DNA of 48,888 nt from an uncultured Actibacterium sp. (GTDB taxonomy: Bacteria > Pseudomonadota > Alphaproteobacteria > Rhodobacterales > Rhodobacteraceae): assembly GCA_964346965.1 (NCBI GenBank), contig CAYFXM010000001.1, forward strand, positions 1 through 48,888. Reading direction: 5' to 3'. The position numbers and the translations under genes were made by a program. This document shows, in pieces, positions 19,417 through 30,266 of this stretch (positions within the stretch are counted from its first letter, which is position 1; every line of letters starts with the position of its first letter). Below the pieces are notes generated by a model that saw nothing but the letters and a program-made list of their open reading frames with translations, made no database searches and was not told where the DNA came from.

Positions 19417-20148
19417 ATGAAATTCAAATCTGGAGCATGTGGGCTAGTGTTGGCAGCCCTGACGCCGTTTGCGGCTATAGCAGATGGCCTAGACGAAGCA
19501 CGGGTAAAGGAGCTGGTGCTCGAGACAATCCGCGCCAACCCTGAGATCGTAATGGAAGCCGTAGCGATTTTGGAGAAGCGACAGGCTGATGCCCAAGCTA
19601 TCGCTCAGAACGCAGTCCTGAACGACCAGAGAAACGCTCTGGAGCAAGATCAAAATGCGCCTGTACTTGGGAACCCGGACGGAGATGTGACGATCGTAGA
19701 GTTCTTCGACTACAACTGCCCCTATTGTCGGAATGCAATGCCAGAGGTGCAAGGCTTGCTTGATGGGGATTCCGGCGTCCGGCTTGTCTACCGCGAGTGG
19801 CCTATCTTGGGGGATGGATCCGTCTTCGCAGCCAAGGCCGCTTTGGCAGCCCGCAAGCAGGGTAAATACGAAGAGTTTCATTGGGCGATGATGGGCATGA
19901 ATGGTCGCGCCCAGGAACCATCTGTTCTGCGCGTCGCTGAAGAAGTCGGTCTGGACATCGATCAGCTTCGTCGCGACATGGAAGCGCCGGAAGTGGAGGA
20001 GCATATCGCAACTTCCATGCGCCTGAGCCGAGCTCTCGGTTTTAGCGGCACACCGTCATTCGTGATTGGTGATGCTTTGGTGCCAGGATTTGTTGAACAA
20101 ACCAAACTTGAGGAGCTTGTAGGGCGAGCCCGGACAGAAAACGAATAA
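19417..20148 (+). CDS. DsbA-family (ScsC-like) disulfide isomerase/oxidoreductase
   Basis: N-terminal helical ANPEIVMEA; EFFDYNCPYC; GTPSFVIG. Confidence 0.9.
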   Translation: MKFKSGACGLVLAALTPFAAIADGLDEARVKELVLETIRANPEIVMEAVAILEKRQADAQAIAQNAVLNDQRNALEQDQNAPVLGNPDGDVTIVEFFDYNCPYCRNAMPEVQGLLDGDSGVRLVYREWPILGDGSVFAAKAALAARKQGKYEEFHWAMMGMNGRAQEPSVLRVAEEVGLDIDQLRRDMEAPEVEEHIATSMRLSRALGFSGTPSFVIGDALVPGFVEQTKLEELVGRARTENE

Positions 20149-20245
20149 CGGAATGTCCCATGGCTGCGCGCAAGTTAAAAATATCGCCGGAGCGCACTTT
20201 GCTGAAAGTGCAGCAAAGAACGCATAGTAGTAAGGAATTTAGAGA

Positions 20246-21688
20246 ATGATCACGCGACGCGGCGTTCTTTCCGGCATTGGCGCTAGCGCGATTTCTACCG
20301 TTATCCCCAATATTTCCTCGGCAGCGACTTTGGGCACCTTCCTCGCGATGCCACCGCTATTGGATTCGACCCGCACGGGTAGATTTCGGTTGGAAGCGCA
20401 ATCTGGGCGAACCAACTTCCTTGGTCAAGCAGCGACGGAGACTTGGGGCTTCAACCAATCCTATCTGGGACCGACCATTCGTATTGCGAACAAAGCTTCG
20501 GTCCAAGCCGAAGTCGAAAACAACCTAAGCGAGGAAATTTCTGTCCATTGGCACGGCATGATCATCCCAGGCGATGTCGATGGTGGTCCACACCAACCCA
20601 TTGCATCCGGCTCAACTTGGTCCCCGGAACTACCTATAGATCAGGCTGCAGCTACGATTTGGTATCACACTCACATCCATGGTGAGACCGCGCGACAGGT
20701 ATATAAAGGCCTAGCGGGGGTCCTGCAGCTGAGCGACGGACTGGACGATGAAAGAGGCTTACCGTCGAAATATGGGCTAGACGATCTAACCCTCGTCCTA
20801 CAGGATCGGCGTTTCGACCGGAACGGCCGTATGGATTATAGCTTGTCTATGCCAGACCAGATGATGGGGTTCCTCGGTGATACTATTGTCGTCAATGGTC
20901 AAGTCGGTGCGACGGCAGTTGTTCCGAAAGGTATCGCGCGCCTTCGCCTTCTAAATGGTTCAAATTCCAGAATTTACGGACTTACAATGTCCGACAATCG
21001 CCCCATGCACTTGATCGCCGCCGACGCTGGCCTGCTTGACCGCCCCATCGAGCTCGACGACTTAACGATCGCGCCAGGTGAACGCTACGAAGTTCTGGTC
21101 GATTTCAGCAATGGGAGAGACGTGTCTTTAGTCAGTCGACAAAACACAAACACAGCTATGATGCGACGAACCCGTACTTCCGGGTCTTCATTTGAAATTC
21201 TTCCGTTCAAAGTCGACACTGCGCTAAGCGCGCGTATTGCCAAGTTGCCCCAAGACCTCGGCGGTTCGCGGCCCGACATGGACCCATCGAGCGCAAAAGA
21301 TCGCAGAGTAACTTTGGACATGCAGATGGGGCCGGGGATGATGATGCGCCGAAGTTCGAACCGGTTTTCAATCAACGGCCAACCATTTGATATGCAACGT
21401 ATGGATTTCACAATTCAGCGCGGGACTTTGGAACGATGGTCTGTATCGGCAGATATGATGATGCACCCGCTCCACGTCCATGGAGTCAAGTTTCAGGTGC
21501 TCAGCGAAAATGGTCGTGCACCGAGCCTACAGAATTCTGGATGGAAAGACACAGTCCTTATCGATGGTCGCGTGGAACTGTTGATGAAGTTCGATCAACC
21601 TGCCAGCGAATCTCTACCGTTCATGTTTCATTGCCACATCCTCGAGCATGAGGATAGCGGCATGATGGGTCAATTTTCAGTTGTTTAA
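20246..21688 (+). CDS. second Tat-exported multicopper oxidase (CueO-like)
   Basis: TRRGVL signal; VHWHG, IWYHTH, HPLHVHG, FMFHCHILEHEDSGMM; Met-rich MQMGPGMMM. Confidence 0.95.
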   Translation: MITRRGVLSGIGASAISTVIPNISSAATLGTFLAMPPLLDSTRTGRFRLEAQSGRTNFLGQAATETWGFNQSYLGPTIRIANKASVQAEVENNLSEEISVHWHGMIIPGDVDGGPHQPIASGSTWSPELPIDQAAATIWYHTHIHGETARQVYKGLAGVLQLSDGLDDERGLPSKYGLDDLTLVLQDRRFDRNGRMDYSLSMPDQMMGFLGDTIVVNGQVGATAVVPKGIARLRLLNGSNSRIYGLTMSDNRPMHLIAADAGLLDRPIELDDLTIAPGERYEVLVDFSNGRDVSLVSRQNTNTAMMRRTRTSGSSFEILPFKVDTALSARIAKLPQDLGGSRPDMDPSSAKDRRVTLDMQMGPGMMMRRSSNRFSINGQPFDMQRMDFTIQRGTLERWSVSADMMMHPLHVHGVKFQVLSENGRAPSLQNSGWKDTVLIDGRVELLMKFDQPASESLPFMFHCHILEHEDSGMMGQFSVV

Positions 21689-21825
21689 CACATGACCGGC
21701 GTCGCCAAATCCGATGTTTCATCGTAGATCAATTCTGTCTGGATCACCGCGCGCTCCGGCACGGCTGCATCTCAGATCAAAACAAAAGCGGGCTGCCTTC
21801 TAAGCATAATCTGACAAAGTTCGGG

Positions 21826-22422
21826 CTATTTACCGCTTTGGATCACTCCTACCCAAGAATCTGGAGCTTTCGGGTCCTGCATAGTTAGGAATGTATAGCG
21901 GGTATCCTGCCAAGTTTTGATCCGGTTGGTTAGGTTATCCAGCACCTTATCGCCTTGATCAGTTCGCACCACCAACACAGCATGTCCGTTACGCTTTCTA
22001 TCCAGAACATTTGCAATGAGAAGGCGCTCAGGTGTGATCCCAAGTCGGATCAGCTCCTTTTTCTTCAAAAGCGCGAAGTCCTCACAATCGCCACCCCGAC
22101 GAGTTGGCAGAGACCAATAGTCAACCCGGCGATACTGTGCTTGGTCCGACACCGGCCGCGTTTTGCGATTAACAGCGAGATTCACTTCGTTAATGAGTTT
22201 CATATCTCGGGCGGAAAGAGAAGCCTTGCTGCCGCTGGATGCACACGCCCAATTGTAGCGGTTGCACATGTCATTTGCGGCTTTGGGTGTTGGCACCGAG
22301 AACTTGGCGGTTAGAAACGCACCAGCATTGGCATGCGCGGGCAAGACCAAAGCGAAAACCGCACAAGCAACCAAGGCACCAACTGCAACCATCTTCACAA
22401 AGGCATTTCTACTCTCTTCCAT
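21826..22422 (-). CDS. transglutaminase-like cysteine peptidase (BTLCP/LapG-like)
   Basis: Signal peptide; DYWSLP..GDCEDFALLKK; GHAVLVV; VLDNL catalytic triad; start uncertain. Confidence 0.88.
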   Translation of the reverse strand: MEESRNAFVKMVAVGALVACAVFALVLPAHANAGAFLTAKFSVPTPKAANDMCNRYNWACASSGSKASLSARDMKLINEVNLAVNRKTRPVSDQAQYRRVDYWSLPTRRGGDCEDFALLKKKELIRLGITPERLLIANVLDRKRNGHAVLVVRTDQGDKVLDNLTNRIKTWQDTRYTFLTMQDPKAPDSWVGVIQSGK

Positions 22423-22973
22423 CTGTCGACCTCTTGTCATCAAAGTTGCTCTTTCAAGCCAGCTAGAGTCAGCCTTTAACCCAATTGAAACGGGTGCTCT
22501 TTCTGGCATGTTCTGATCCAAAAATTTGGCGAGTTTCTGCCGTAGTCCTGCGGGCAATTGCCTAGACGCGCCCGCGGAGACTCTCTGTATTCTTCTGAAT
22601 TTATCTTTGTTGAATCCGGCATAAATAAGAGCAGAGGGTGACAATAATTCGGTTTAAACAATCGGATTTGCACCCAGAGGCTCGGCAGCCAACAAGACAA
22701 CGAAAGTGGCGAAATCGTCGCTCCAATTTGTCTCGCTTCTTGGGTGGCGAACGTCCAACACGTTCATATTTGCGGACGGAAAACGACCGCTTCGACAGTC
22801 GACGCAATTGTCACTTGTGTAGAGGCTGTGTCGAAGCGGTCAGCGACAGCTCTAGAACTGTGTTGGTTGAGCTGCGACTTAAAAAATAGAAGGATCAACC
22901 TGCATTTTTTTTGCGAATTCTGCCGGCGTTGGTGAATACTGGAAAGCGACTCAGCCAAAGTTTTGGACGAAAA

Positions 22974-23234
22974 ATGCGCAAATCGATTCTGTTTTCCGTG
23001 AGCTTAGTTTTTTTGACGGCATGCGGTTCAAGTGCAACACGGGAAGGAGGATTTCTTCGCGAAGTCCCCGAAGAAGTCGCCAAACTGGCTGCGCCAAATC
23101 AGAACCTAAATGCCGTTAAGTTGTTGGAAGAAGATGGTTGCTACTGGTACCAGCACGTCGGCCCGGTAGAGACGACATTGCTCCCTCTGCTAAGTCAGCG
23201 TGGGAGCCGTATCTGCATCAAAAAACAGACTTAG
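22974..23234 (+). CDS. small lipoprotein, paralog of 43130-43408
   Basis: LTAC lipobox; LAAPNQNL..EEDGCYWYQHVGPVETTLLPL..ICI. Confidence 0.8.
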   Translation: MRKSILFSVSLVFLTACGSSATREGGFLREVPEEVAKLAAPNQNLNAVKLLEEDGCYWYQHVGPVETTLLPLLSQRGSRICIKKQT

Positions 23235-23264
23235 ACGCAAAGGCTGGCTCAAGATTGTCATTGA

Positions 23265-23993
23265 TCAGCTATGCGAGACTAGACTGCCTTCCGGCGGGTA
23301 GAGGAACGCCGTGGAGCCAACATCCACTTGATCGTAAAGTCCAATTATATGGGCCATTACCATCCGCACACATCCTGAGCTTGCACGACCGCCGATCGAA
23401 CGGGGGAATGGTGTGCCGTGAATGCGAAGATATGTGTCTCGATTTCCCTTAAAAAGGTAAAAGGCTCGTGATCCCAAAGGGTTTGTCGGGCCGCCATCCA
23501 TACCATCGGCAAACTTTTCATAGGTTTGAGGTTCACGTTCAATCATTTCATCGGTCGGACGCCAAGTAGGCCATCTCCGTTTGAACCGGATGGTGTATGT
23601 CCCAGGTTCGTAGAGATTCCCCTTTGCGATCGCAACTCCGTACCGCATCGCGGTACCATCGGAATTTATATAATAAAGGTACCTTGCAACAGCATCGACA
23701 TGGATATCCCCGGGCCGCAAGCCATCGTTCGCCTCGACCAGTTGGGGAAGAAATCGTCTGTGAAATCCCCAGGGGTTTGACGTGCTTGGGTCATAATTGG
23801 TCGGGGTCACCCTCGCGTCCCACCTCGTCCACATGCTTCGATCCGAGATCGGCTTGCGCACAGAATCATCGTCGCTAGCTTCTTCAGAGTTCAGTGGATC
23901 GACCAAATCTGCTGTTTGAGCCCAAGATACTCCCGCGAGCGGTGCTGAAAAAAGGGCACTGGTCGATGATATGAAATGCCTTCTGGTCAGCAT
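23265..23993 (-). CDS. Tat-exported L,D-transpeptidase (YkuD family)
   Basis: MLTRRHF signal; NPLGSRAFYL; IHGT..ASSGCVRM. Confidence 0.9.
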   Translation of the reverse strand: MLTRRHFISSTSALFSAPLAGVSWAQTADLVDPLNSEEASDDDSVRKPISDRSMWTRWDARVTPTNYDPSTSNPWGFHRRFLPQLVEANDGLRPGDIHVDAVARYLYYINSDGTAMRYGVAIAKGNLYEPGTYTIRFKRRWPTWRPTDEMIEREPQTYEKFADGMDGGPTNPLGSRAFYLFKGNRDTYLRIHGTPFPRSIGGRASSGCVRMVMAHIIGLYDQVDVGSTAFLYPPEGSLVSHS

Positions 23994-24402
23994 GTAAAAT
24001 CCCTCAAGCGCGATCAAAGGAAAACCACCTCGAAAGGCCCCGCGCCTTCTAGTTAGCAGCAATCGGACACGTGACTGCCAGTCACAATCGCGTGGGTTCT
24101 GATTGGCAGGTGGATTTCTGTAACCAGAATGCACCATTTGTTTCCCGAGCAAATGCCGTTTTGCCGGATGAATGCCAGTCGTACGACGTTGCCACAAGCT
24201 CAAAGGGGGTCAGACCAAGACTTGATAGTGCGATACGGTAGGTTATCGGTGAAGCCCCTTCACCGAATTGGTTTGCTCGATACTCACGAAAAGTTGGGCC
24301 AAGAAAGAAAATCCGCTCGAACACTATTCATCAACTCTTTGACCTGAATCATTGCCCACGAGAAGGAAAATCCTAGATTAACATAAGTATGTGGAGCAAC
24401 TC

Positions 24403-24780
24403 ATGATCGGAGTAAATGAAATTCGGCAATGCTGGCTTCCTCGCATAGGCGCGGTGGTTTTGCTTTTGTCATTTTTCATTGCAACATTGCTTTCAACCGC
24501 CCACCAAATCGACTTCAACCGACACAATCTAAGTTCGGGCTACGAGTTGGCGCAGCAAGATTTAAGCGAGCCCGTGGGAACCAAAGGCACAGAGATTGCA
24601 ACAATCGCTTCTTGCGCAACCGGCCTCATTTGCCATGTCCAGTTGGCACTTATCACGGAACTCGCCATCATAGATGAGGCGGCGTTTCTAACGGGGTTGT
24701 GGCGACCCGATCCGGGAGAAATACTCGTGGGTCAGGTTGTTGAAGTTGTAACCCCACCGCCGCTACTCGTGCGCGCCTGA
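24403..24780 (+). CDS. second CutF/CruR-like leader protein
   Basis: GGAG RBS; hydrophobic signal; CATGLICH; C-terminal VTPPPLLVRA. Confidence 0.6.
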   Translation: MIGVNEIRQCWLPRIGAVVLLLSFFIATLLSTAHQIDFNRHNLSSGYELAQQDLSEPVGTKGTEIATIASCATGLICHVQLALITELAIIDEAAFLTGLWRPDPGEILVGQVVEVVTPPPLLVRA

Positions 24781-24944
24781 CGCGCACATTGGACCGAGTT
24801 TGGTCCACTCACCCCTAAATTTGTGTGCGCCAGACCGCCGGCAGATGGCCGAGTCGTAGGCGGATATTTGCGCCATTCCCAAAGGCCCATTCCGGATCCG
24901 AATCCTCCTTGATCCGGAGAGCGAAACATTATTCCGATCAGGAG
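24777..24944 (+). promoter_or_regulatory. structured intergenic leader with SD-occluding hairpin
   Basis: GCGCACA 24782-24788 pairs with TGTGCGC 24824-24830, enclosing TGGACC/GGTCCA; CTCCTTGATCCGGAG 24905-24919 pairs with TTCCGATCAGGAG 24932-24944, which contains the AGGAG SD of ATG 24951. Confidence 0.6.
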
Positions 24945-24950
24945 CCTTCA

Positions 24951-26015
24951 ATGGAAATTAAACATAAAACCACACTAATGGTCGTATTCAGCGCGTTCTT
25001 GAGCACCGTCGCACAGGCCGAAACCGTTCGGGTCTTCATCCCCGAAGGCAGCGCCGACGCAATCCGTGTCGTAGAGGCACAATCTGGAAAAATGATCGAC
25101 CGCATACCGCAGATCGATGCTGTTCACGGCTTGGCAGGGCACAAAAATGCTTCGTATTTGGTTGCCGGAAGTTACAGCGAAATTGACCGCAAAGATGTCA
25201 CTTCTACGTCGAAACCCGCCTCTGTCAGTGCAGATGAACATGCAGCGCACCATAGCAAACCGGACAATCGGATCGGCCCGGCCGACGCAGGTATCAGCCT
25301 TTTGAGTATCATCGACGCCGACAAAGGGGATTTGATCCGCCGAATTGAGGTGCCCGGCGCCGTTCACCATGTTGCAATTGCACCCGACGGGCGTAGTGCC
25401 ATTGCTACGCATCCCAACGGTGACGGAATCTCGGTGATCGATCTTGAGGCGTTCGAACTTATCGCCTGGGTCCCGACCGGACCAATGCCCAACTATGTTG
25501 TCTTCGGCGAAGACAGCGACCTTGCCTATGTTTCCAATGCAGGCAATGGAACAATAAGCGAAGTTGATCTCGTGACTGGCATTGTCCGCCGAAACGTGAT
25601 CGCGGGTGAAGCGCCCGAGCATCTTGCGATAAGTTCCGATGGAGGCACTCTCTTCGTTGCTGACGCAGACATCGGGCGGGTTGTCGAAATCGAGCTATCA
25701 ACCGGCATGGATTTGCGCACCTTTGAAATCGGAGGTGAGATCCATGGATTGGATCTGTCCGAAGACGAAACACACCTGTTTGTTGCCGCAAAAGAGACCG
25801 ATCGCGTCCTGTCGATTGACCTTCAGGCGGGCAAGATTATCAGCCGCGCACTCTCCCCGGCACCCTATCACCTGACCACAATTCCCGGGACAGGAACAAT
25901 CTATGTCTCGAGCCGTGACGAGCCCAAAGTCTGGATCGTCGACGCAGTTTCTCTGGCTGCTATCAGCGAAATCCCCATCGAAGGCGAAGGCCATCAAATG
26001 GTGGTTCGGCACTGA
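24951..26015 (+). CDS. exported YncE/YVTN-type beta-propeller protein
   Basis: Signal peptide; repeated blades (VPTGPMPNYVVF, IAGEAPEHLAIS, IGGEIHGLDLS); His-rich DEHAAHH insert. Confidence 0.8.
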   Translation: MEIKHKTTLMVVFSAFLSTVAQAETVRVFIPEGSADAIRVVEAQSGKMIDRIPQIDAVHGLAGHKNASYLVAGSYSEIDRKDVTSTSKPASVSADEHAAHHSKPDNRIGPADAGISLLSIIDADKGDLIRRIEVPGAVHHVAIAPDGRSAIATHPNGDGISVIDLEAFELIAWVPTGPMPNYVVFGEDSDLAYVSNAGNGTISEVDLVTGIVRRNVIAGEAPEHLAISSDGGTLFVADADIGRVVEIELSTGMDLRTFEIGGEIHGLDLSEDETHLFVAAKETDRVLSIDLQAGKIISRALSPAPYHLTTIPGTGTIYVSSRDEPKVWIVDAVSLAAISEIPIEGEGHQMVVRH

Positions 26016-26060
26016 CCCGATATCGGTGCGTTGCCGCGGGCCCAATAGGAGGTTCTCGAA

Positions 26061-26435
26061 ATGCTAGCTTTTCTATATTTCATCGTCGTAGCAGTCGCGA
26101 TCTTCGCAGTTCTTCGGCTCAGCTGTGGCCCTTGTGTTTTGGGGCGCATCGAATCTCAAGACGGTGGGCCGGGCCATCTGCTTCCTATTGTCCCTATGGG
26201 ATGGGCACTTAGCCTATTTCTCGTGGCGACGTACTTGGTATGCATCGCGTTTGATCTGATCTTTCCACAATACGCCATGTACGAGGTCTGGGCACCGCTT
26301 CTACCGGGGTTCGTCTGGTTGACGCCGTTGTCTTTCTTTGTTGGCCTAGTCGAGAGCGCCCTCTACGGCTGGTATGTAGCGCTTGTCTTCGGTGGCCTCT
26401 ACAACGTTGCTTTGTCGTGGAGGATGCAGGCGTGA
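26061..26435 (+). CDS. small membrane protein (DUF5676-like)
   Basis: GGAGG RBS; YLVCIAFDL..LLPGFVWL..GLVESALYGWY..LYN pattern. Confidence 0.7.
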   Translation: MLAFLYFIVVAVAIFAVLRLSCGPCVLGRIESQDGGPGHLLPIVPMGWALSLFLVATYLVCIAFDLIFPQYAMYEVWAPLLPGFVWLTPLSFFVGLVESALYGWYVALVFGGLYNVALSWRMQA

Positions 26436-27814
26436 CACGGCTGAGTTATCCGACGCTACGCTTCCTCGGTGCCGCCGGCACCGTGACTGGCTCACGCTAT
26501 CTTGTCGAGCGGGGGCAGCGGCGCATTCTGGTTGATTGCGGACTGTTTCAGGGATTTAAGCAATTGAGGCGCCGCAATCGGAAACCTTTTCCAGCGCGAC
26601 CAAATACAATTGACACTGTACTATTAACCCACGCCCATCTGGATCACTCTGGCAATCTACCAGCTTTGATACGTGCGGGATTTCGTGGCCGAGTGCTTTG
26701 TACACCGGCCACGAAAGAGCTGTGCGGTCTAATCCTGCCCGACAGCGGACATCTTCAAGAAGAGGAAGCGAAATATGCGCGCCGCAAGAAATACTCGGAG
26801 CACAAAAAGCCGAAACCGCTCTACACATTAAAAGATGCGAAGGCAGCGTTAAACCAATTCGACACAATCAACTTTGCAGAGCCCATCGATTTGGGCGACG
26901 GGGTTCGTGCAGAGTTCATTCCAGCCGGACACTTGCTTGGCGCGGCGCAGATACGGTTGATGATTGACGGAATTGCCGTGCATTTCAGCGGCGACCTGGG
27001 TCACGGCAAGGATCCGCTGATGCGGGCGCCGGTGCCATTCGACGGGGCAGATGTGCTGGTCTGCGAGTCCACTTACGGAAACCGCAAACACCCTGAGATC
27101 GACCCGGAGGCGGAACTGGTGCCAGTGCTAAAGCGCGTGTTCGCACGCGGTGGTACCGTTTTGATTCCTTCCTTTGCCGTCGGGCGCGCTCAGGGGCTGA
27201 TGTATCATGTCGCGCGTCTGATGAAGCGCGAGGAAATCCCGTATGTCCCGGTTTACCTCAACAGCCCGATGGCCGTCGACGCAACCGATATCTACCACCG
27301 TCACCATGACGAGCATCATGTCAGTTGGGAGGACTGCGTGAACATGTTCCGCGTAGCTAAACGCGTGAACACAGTAGAGCAGTCAAAAGAACTCAATACC
27401 CGGCGAGGGCCAATGATCATTATCTCGGCTAGCGGGATGCTCAGCGGAGGTCGCATTTTGCATCACCTTCTCAGTTTCGGTGGAGACCGGCGAAACGCGA
27501 TTATTCTGTCCGGGTTCCAAGCGGGCGGCACCAGAGGGGCGAAGCTTGCCGCAGGCAGTCAGTCTTTGCGAATTTTCGGGCGGGAACGCCGGATCGACGC
27601 CGAGGTTGTGCAACTCGAATCCTTCTCGGGTCATGCGGATGCCGACGAAATCCTGAACTGGATGAATGCTGGATCGCCACCACGCATGACCTATCTGACC
27701 CACGGCGAACCGGAGGCCGCAGACACGTTGCGAGGTCGCGTCGCTCACGAACTGGGCCGCAGGGTTCGCGTCCCTGAGCACCTAGAAAGCATTCGTTTGG
27801 ACACGCCAAAATGA
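26432..27814 (+). CDS. MBL-fold beta-CASP ribonuclease (CPSF73/Ysh1-like)
   Basis: FLGAAGTVTGS, DCGLFQG, THAHLDHSG, AGHLLG, FSGDLG, ESTYG, FAVGRAQ, SGHAD, THGE; GTGA overlap. Confidence 0.92.
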   Translation: MTRLSYPTLRFLGAAGTVTGSRYLVERGQRRILVDCGLFQGFKQLRRRNRKPFPARPNTIDTVLLTHAHLDHSGNLPALIRAGFRGRVLCTPATKELCGLILPDSGHLQEEEAKYARRKKYSEHKKPKPLYTLKDAKAALNQFDTINFAEPIDLGDGVRAEFIPAGHLLGAAQIRLMIDGIAVHFSGDLGHGKDPLMRAPVPFDGADVLVCESTYGNRKHPEIDPEAELVPVLKRVFARGGTVLIPSFAVGRAQGLMYHVARLMKREEIPYVPVYLNSPMAVDATDIYHRHHDEHHVSWEDCVNMFRVAKRVNTVEQSKELNTRRGPMIIISASGMLSGGRILHHLLSFGGDRRNAIILSGFQAGGTRGAKLAAGSQSLRIFGRERRIDAEVVQLESFSGHADADEILNWMNAGSPPRMTYLTHGEPEAADTLRGRVAHELGRRVRVPEHLESIRLDTPK

Positions 27815-29313
27815 CCCGTAGTCACAACGCCCTATTCTTGATGCCTGCCGGGATCGACACCTACCAGCAAGCCGTCGTCTACATGCGCGAGGATTGCGCC
27901 CTTTGTCATTCGGAAGGCTTTTCCGTACACACGCGCATTGAAGTCGAAGTTGGCGAAAAGCGGACAATTGCTACGCTAAATGTGGTCACTGGAGGTGAGT
28001 GGCTACCGCCGGCAACTGTCGGGCTAAGCGATGCGGCTTGGGACGCACTGACACCAAAGCCCGGAGAAGTGGCCCGATTTTCGCACCCCGCTCCACCGGA
28101 ATCGACATCCGCGATTCGCACAAAGGTCTATGGCGGGCGACTGGACGAAAACTCGTGCCGCACAATAATCGCCGATACTCTTGACCGCAAACTTTCTGAC
28201 CTTGATCTTGCCGCATTTGTGACCGCCTGCGCGGGCGATCGAATGGACGAAGCCGAGACGATCGCACTGACATTGGCGATGCGGGACGCCGGGGCGCAAC
28301 TGGAGTGGAACTCCGGTCCGGTGCTGGACAAGCATTGTGTCGGGGGCCTCCCAGGCAACCGGACTACACCAATCGTGGTGGCAATCGTGACCGCCGCGGG
28401 GCACCTGTTTCCGAAGACATCAAGTCGCGCCATCACTTCACCTGCAGGAACTGCTGATACGATGGAGGTAGTGGCGCCCGTTGTGATGGATATCGCAGCG
28501 ATGCGCCGCGTGGTCGAGGCCGAGGGCGGTTGCGTCGTCTGGGGCGGCGGGCTTGCCCTCAGTCCGGCGGACGACTTGCTGATACGCATCGAACGCCCTC
28601 TCGATTTTGACAGCGAAGGGCAAATGGTTGCCAGTATCCTGTCCAAGAAAGCCGCCGCCGGGTCCAGCCATGTTTTGATTGATATGCCCGTGGGGCCAAC
28701 GGCAAAGGTGCGCACTGCCGATGCGGCTCAAAATCTAGCTGAGCGTTTGAAGGTCGTCGCTGCCGCTCTTGGCCAGAAAATTTCTATCCACCGGAGCGAT
28801 GGCACGGCGCCGGTCGGTCGCGGAATCGGACCTGCACTTGAAGCGCACGACGTCCTAGCTGTGCTGCGCCGTTCACCCCTGGCTCCCGTCGATCTGCGCG
28901 AGCGAGCACTGGATGTCGCAGGCGGGCTTCTCGATCTTGTCGACGCCGGGGGGCGAAAACGGGCGCAAGAATTGCTGAACAGTGGTGAAGCGGAAGCAAA
29001 GTTCATGGCGATCTGCGCCGCTCAGGGCGGCTTCTCGGAGCCAAGCAGTGCGCCTCATCGAAAGGCGATTACATCCGACCGCGGAGGGATTGTCACTGAG
29101 ATTGACAATCGCCGTATCGCCAAGATCGCAAAATTGGCAGGCGCGCCGGGCCGCAAAACGTCCGGCGTCCTCTTATTGGCTCGCATGGGCGACGAAGTGG
29201 AGTTCGGTCAACCGCTGTTTGAGGTTCATGCTGAAACAGCGGGCGAACTGGCTTGGGCACTGGACTACACGGAGAGCGGTGCCAACCCCTTCAAAGTGGA
29301 GGCCGGATTATGA
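27811..29313 (+). CDS. thymidine/AMP phosphorylase family protein (long archaeal-like type)
   Basis: 500 aa with N-terminal extension; DKHCVGGLPGNRTT, KTSSRAITSPAGTAD, SILSKK, GRGIGPALEA. Confidence 0.9.
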   Translation: MTRSHNALFLMPAGIDTYQQAVVYMREDCALCHSEGFSVHTRIEVEVGEKRTIATLNVVTGGEWLPPATVGLSDAAWDALTPKPGEVARFSHPAPPESTSAIRTKVYGGRLDENSCRTIIADTLDRKLSDLDLAAFVTACAGDRMDEAETIALTLAMRDAGAQLEWNSGPVLDKHCVGGLPGNRTTPIVVAIVTAAGHLFPKTSSRAITSPAGTADTMEVVAPVVMDIAAMRRVVEAEGGCVVWGGGLALSPADDLLIRIERPLDFDSEGQMVASILSKKAAAGSSHVLIDMPVGPTAKVRTADAAQNLAERLKVVAAALGQKISIHRSDGTAPVGRGIGPALEAHDVLAVLRRSPLAPVDLRERALDVAGGLLDLVDAGGRKRAQELLNSGEAEAKFMAICAAQGGFSEPSSAPHRKAITSDRGGIVTEIDNRRIAKIAKLAGAPGRKTSGVLLLARMGDEVEFGQPLFEVHAETAGELAWALDYTESGANPFKVEAGL

Positions 29314-30266
29314 GGTCTGTTATTCTTGTTTTTCCAGGCATGGAAAAACTTGCCCACGATATCGCCAGCAGGCGTGGCGCCGACTTAGAAAACGTAGATC
29401 TGCACCGTTTTCCCGACGGGGAAAGCCTCGTTACTGTACCCAAACAATTGAGCGGTCGCGACGTCATCGTACTTGGGACGCTTTGCAACCCGGACTCTCT
29501 ATCCCTCCCCTTTCGATTTACAGCGGATACAGCGCGCGAATTAGGTGCAAAACAGGTGGGCCTAGTAGCTCCCTATCTTGCATACATGCGCCAAGATCAC
29601 CGATTTGCACCTGGACAAGCTGTCAGTGCTCCGATTTTTGCGAAATTTCTCGAAGAGAGCTTCGACTGGATCGTAACCGTCGACCCTCATTTGCATCGCA
29701 CTCCGTCTCTGGACCGTCTCTTCGCCATTCCTGCAATTCGAGTGCGATCTGCACCGCTGATCGCCGATTGGATTCTTCGCGAGGTGCCAGACGCGCTGAT
29801 ATTGGGGCCCGACAGCGAGAGCCAGCAATGGGTGGCCGATGTAGCCCGAATAGCCGGACGGCCCTATGAAGTTTTGAACAAATTGCGGTCTGGCGACTGG
29901 CAAGTGGATGTCAGTGAGCCGGAAAGCCCGGCGCTAAAGTATGGCACACCCGTCGTGCTGGACGACATCGCGTCCTCGGGCCGTACGATGGTCCGTGCGA
30001 TTGAACGCCTCATTGCCGCCGGGACCAAGCCGCCGGTTTGTGTCATCATCCATGCGGTATTTGCCGGCAACGCCTACGAGGACATCCTCGCCGCGGGTGC
30101 CGCCCATGTGGTCACGACGGACAGCATCCCGCACAAAAGCAACGCCATTTCTCTGGCCGAACCTCTGGCCATGGCTATCACGCATGCGGTTTCTGCGAAG
30201 AAGAAACGAACGCTCAGGCGTGCCTCAAATTCACAGATTAAACAGCCGACGGAGCCGAACACATGA
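29310..30266 (+). CDS. prs: ribose-phosphate pyrophosphokinase family protein
   Basis: [27 protein letters not shown] loop [23 protein letters not shown] overlaps at both ends. Confidence 0.88.
   Translation: MRSVILVFPGMEKLAHDIASRRGADLENVDLHRFPDGESLVTVPKQLSGRDVIVLGTLCNPDSLSLPFRFTADTARELGAKQVGLVAPYLAYMRQDHRFAPGQAVSAPIFAKFLEESFDWIVTVDPHLHRTPSLDRLFAIPAIRVRSAPLIADWILREVPDALILGPDSESQQWVADVARIAGRPYEVLNKLRSGDWQVDVSEPESPALKYGTPVVLDDIASSGRTMVRAIERLIAAGTKPPVCVIIHAVFAGNAYEDILAAGAAHVVTTDSIPHKSNAISLAEPLAMAITHAVSAKKKRTLRRASNSQIKQPTEPNT

Noticed and set aside
22423..22973. Long intergenic region with a GCGGGC/GCCCGC hairpin, possible riboswitch or sRNA
   Set aside because: No recognisable family consensus; needs an Rfam search
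24082..24324. 80-aa minus ORF upstream of the LDT as a third leader peptide
   Set aside because: No signal peptide, Cys pair or poly-Pro
27895..27909. CALCH in the phosphorylase as a heme c site
   Set aside because: No export signal and a cytoplasmic enzyme family; more likely a CxxC metal or structural motif
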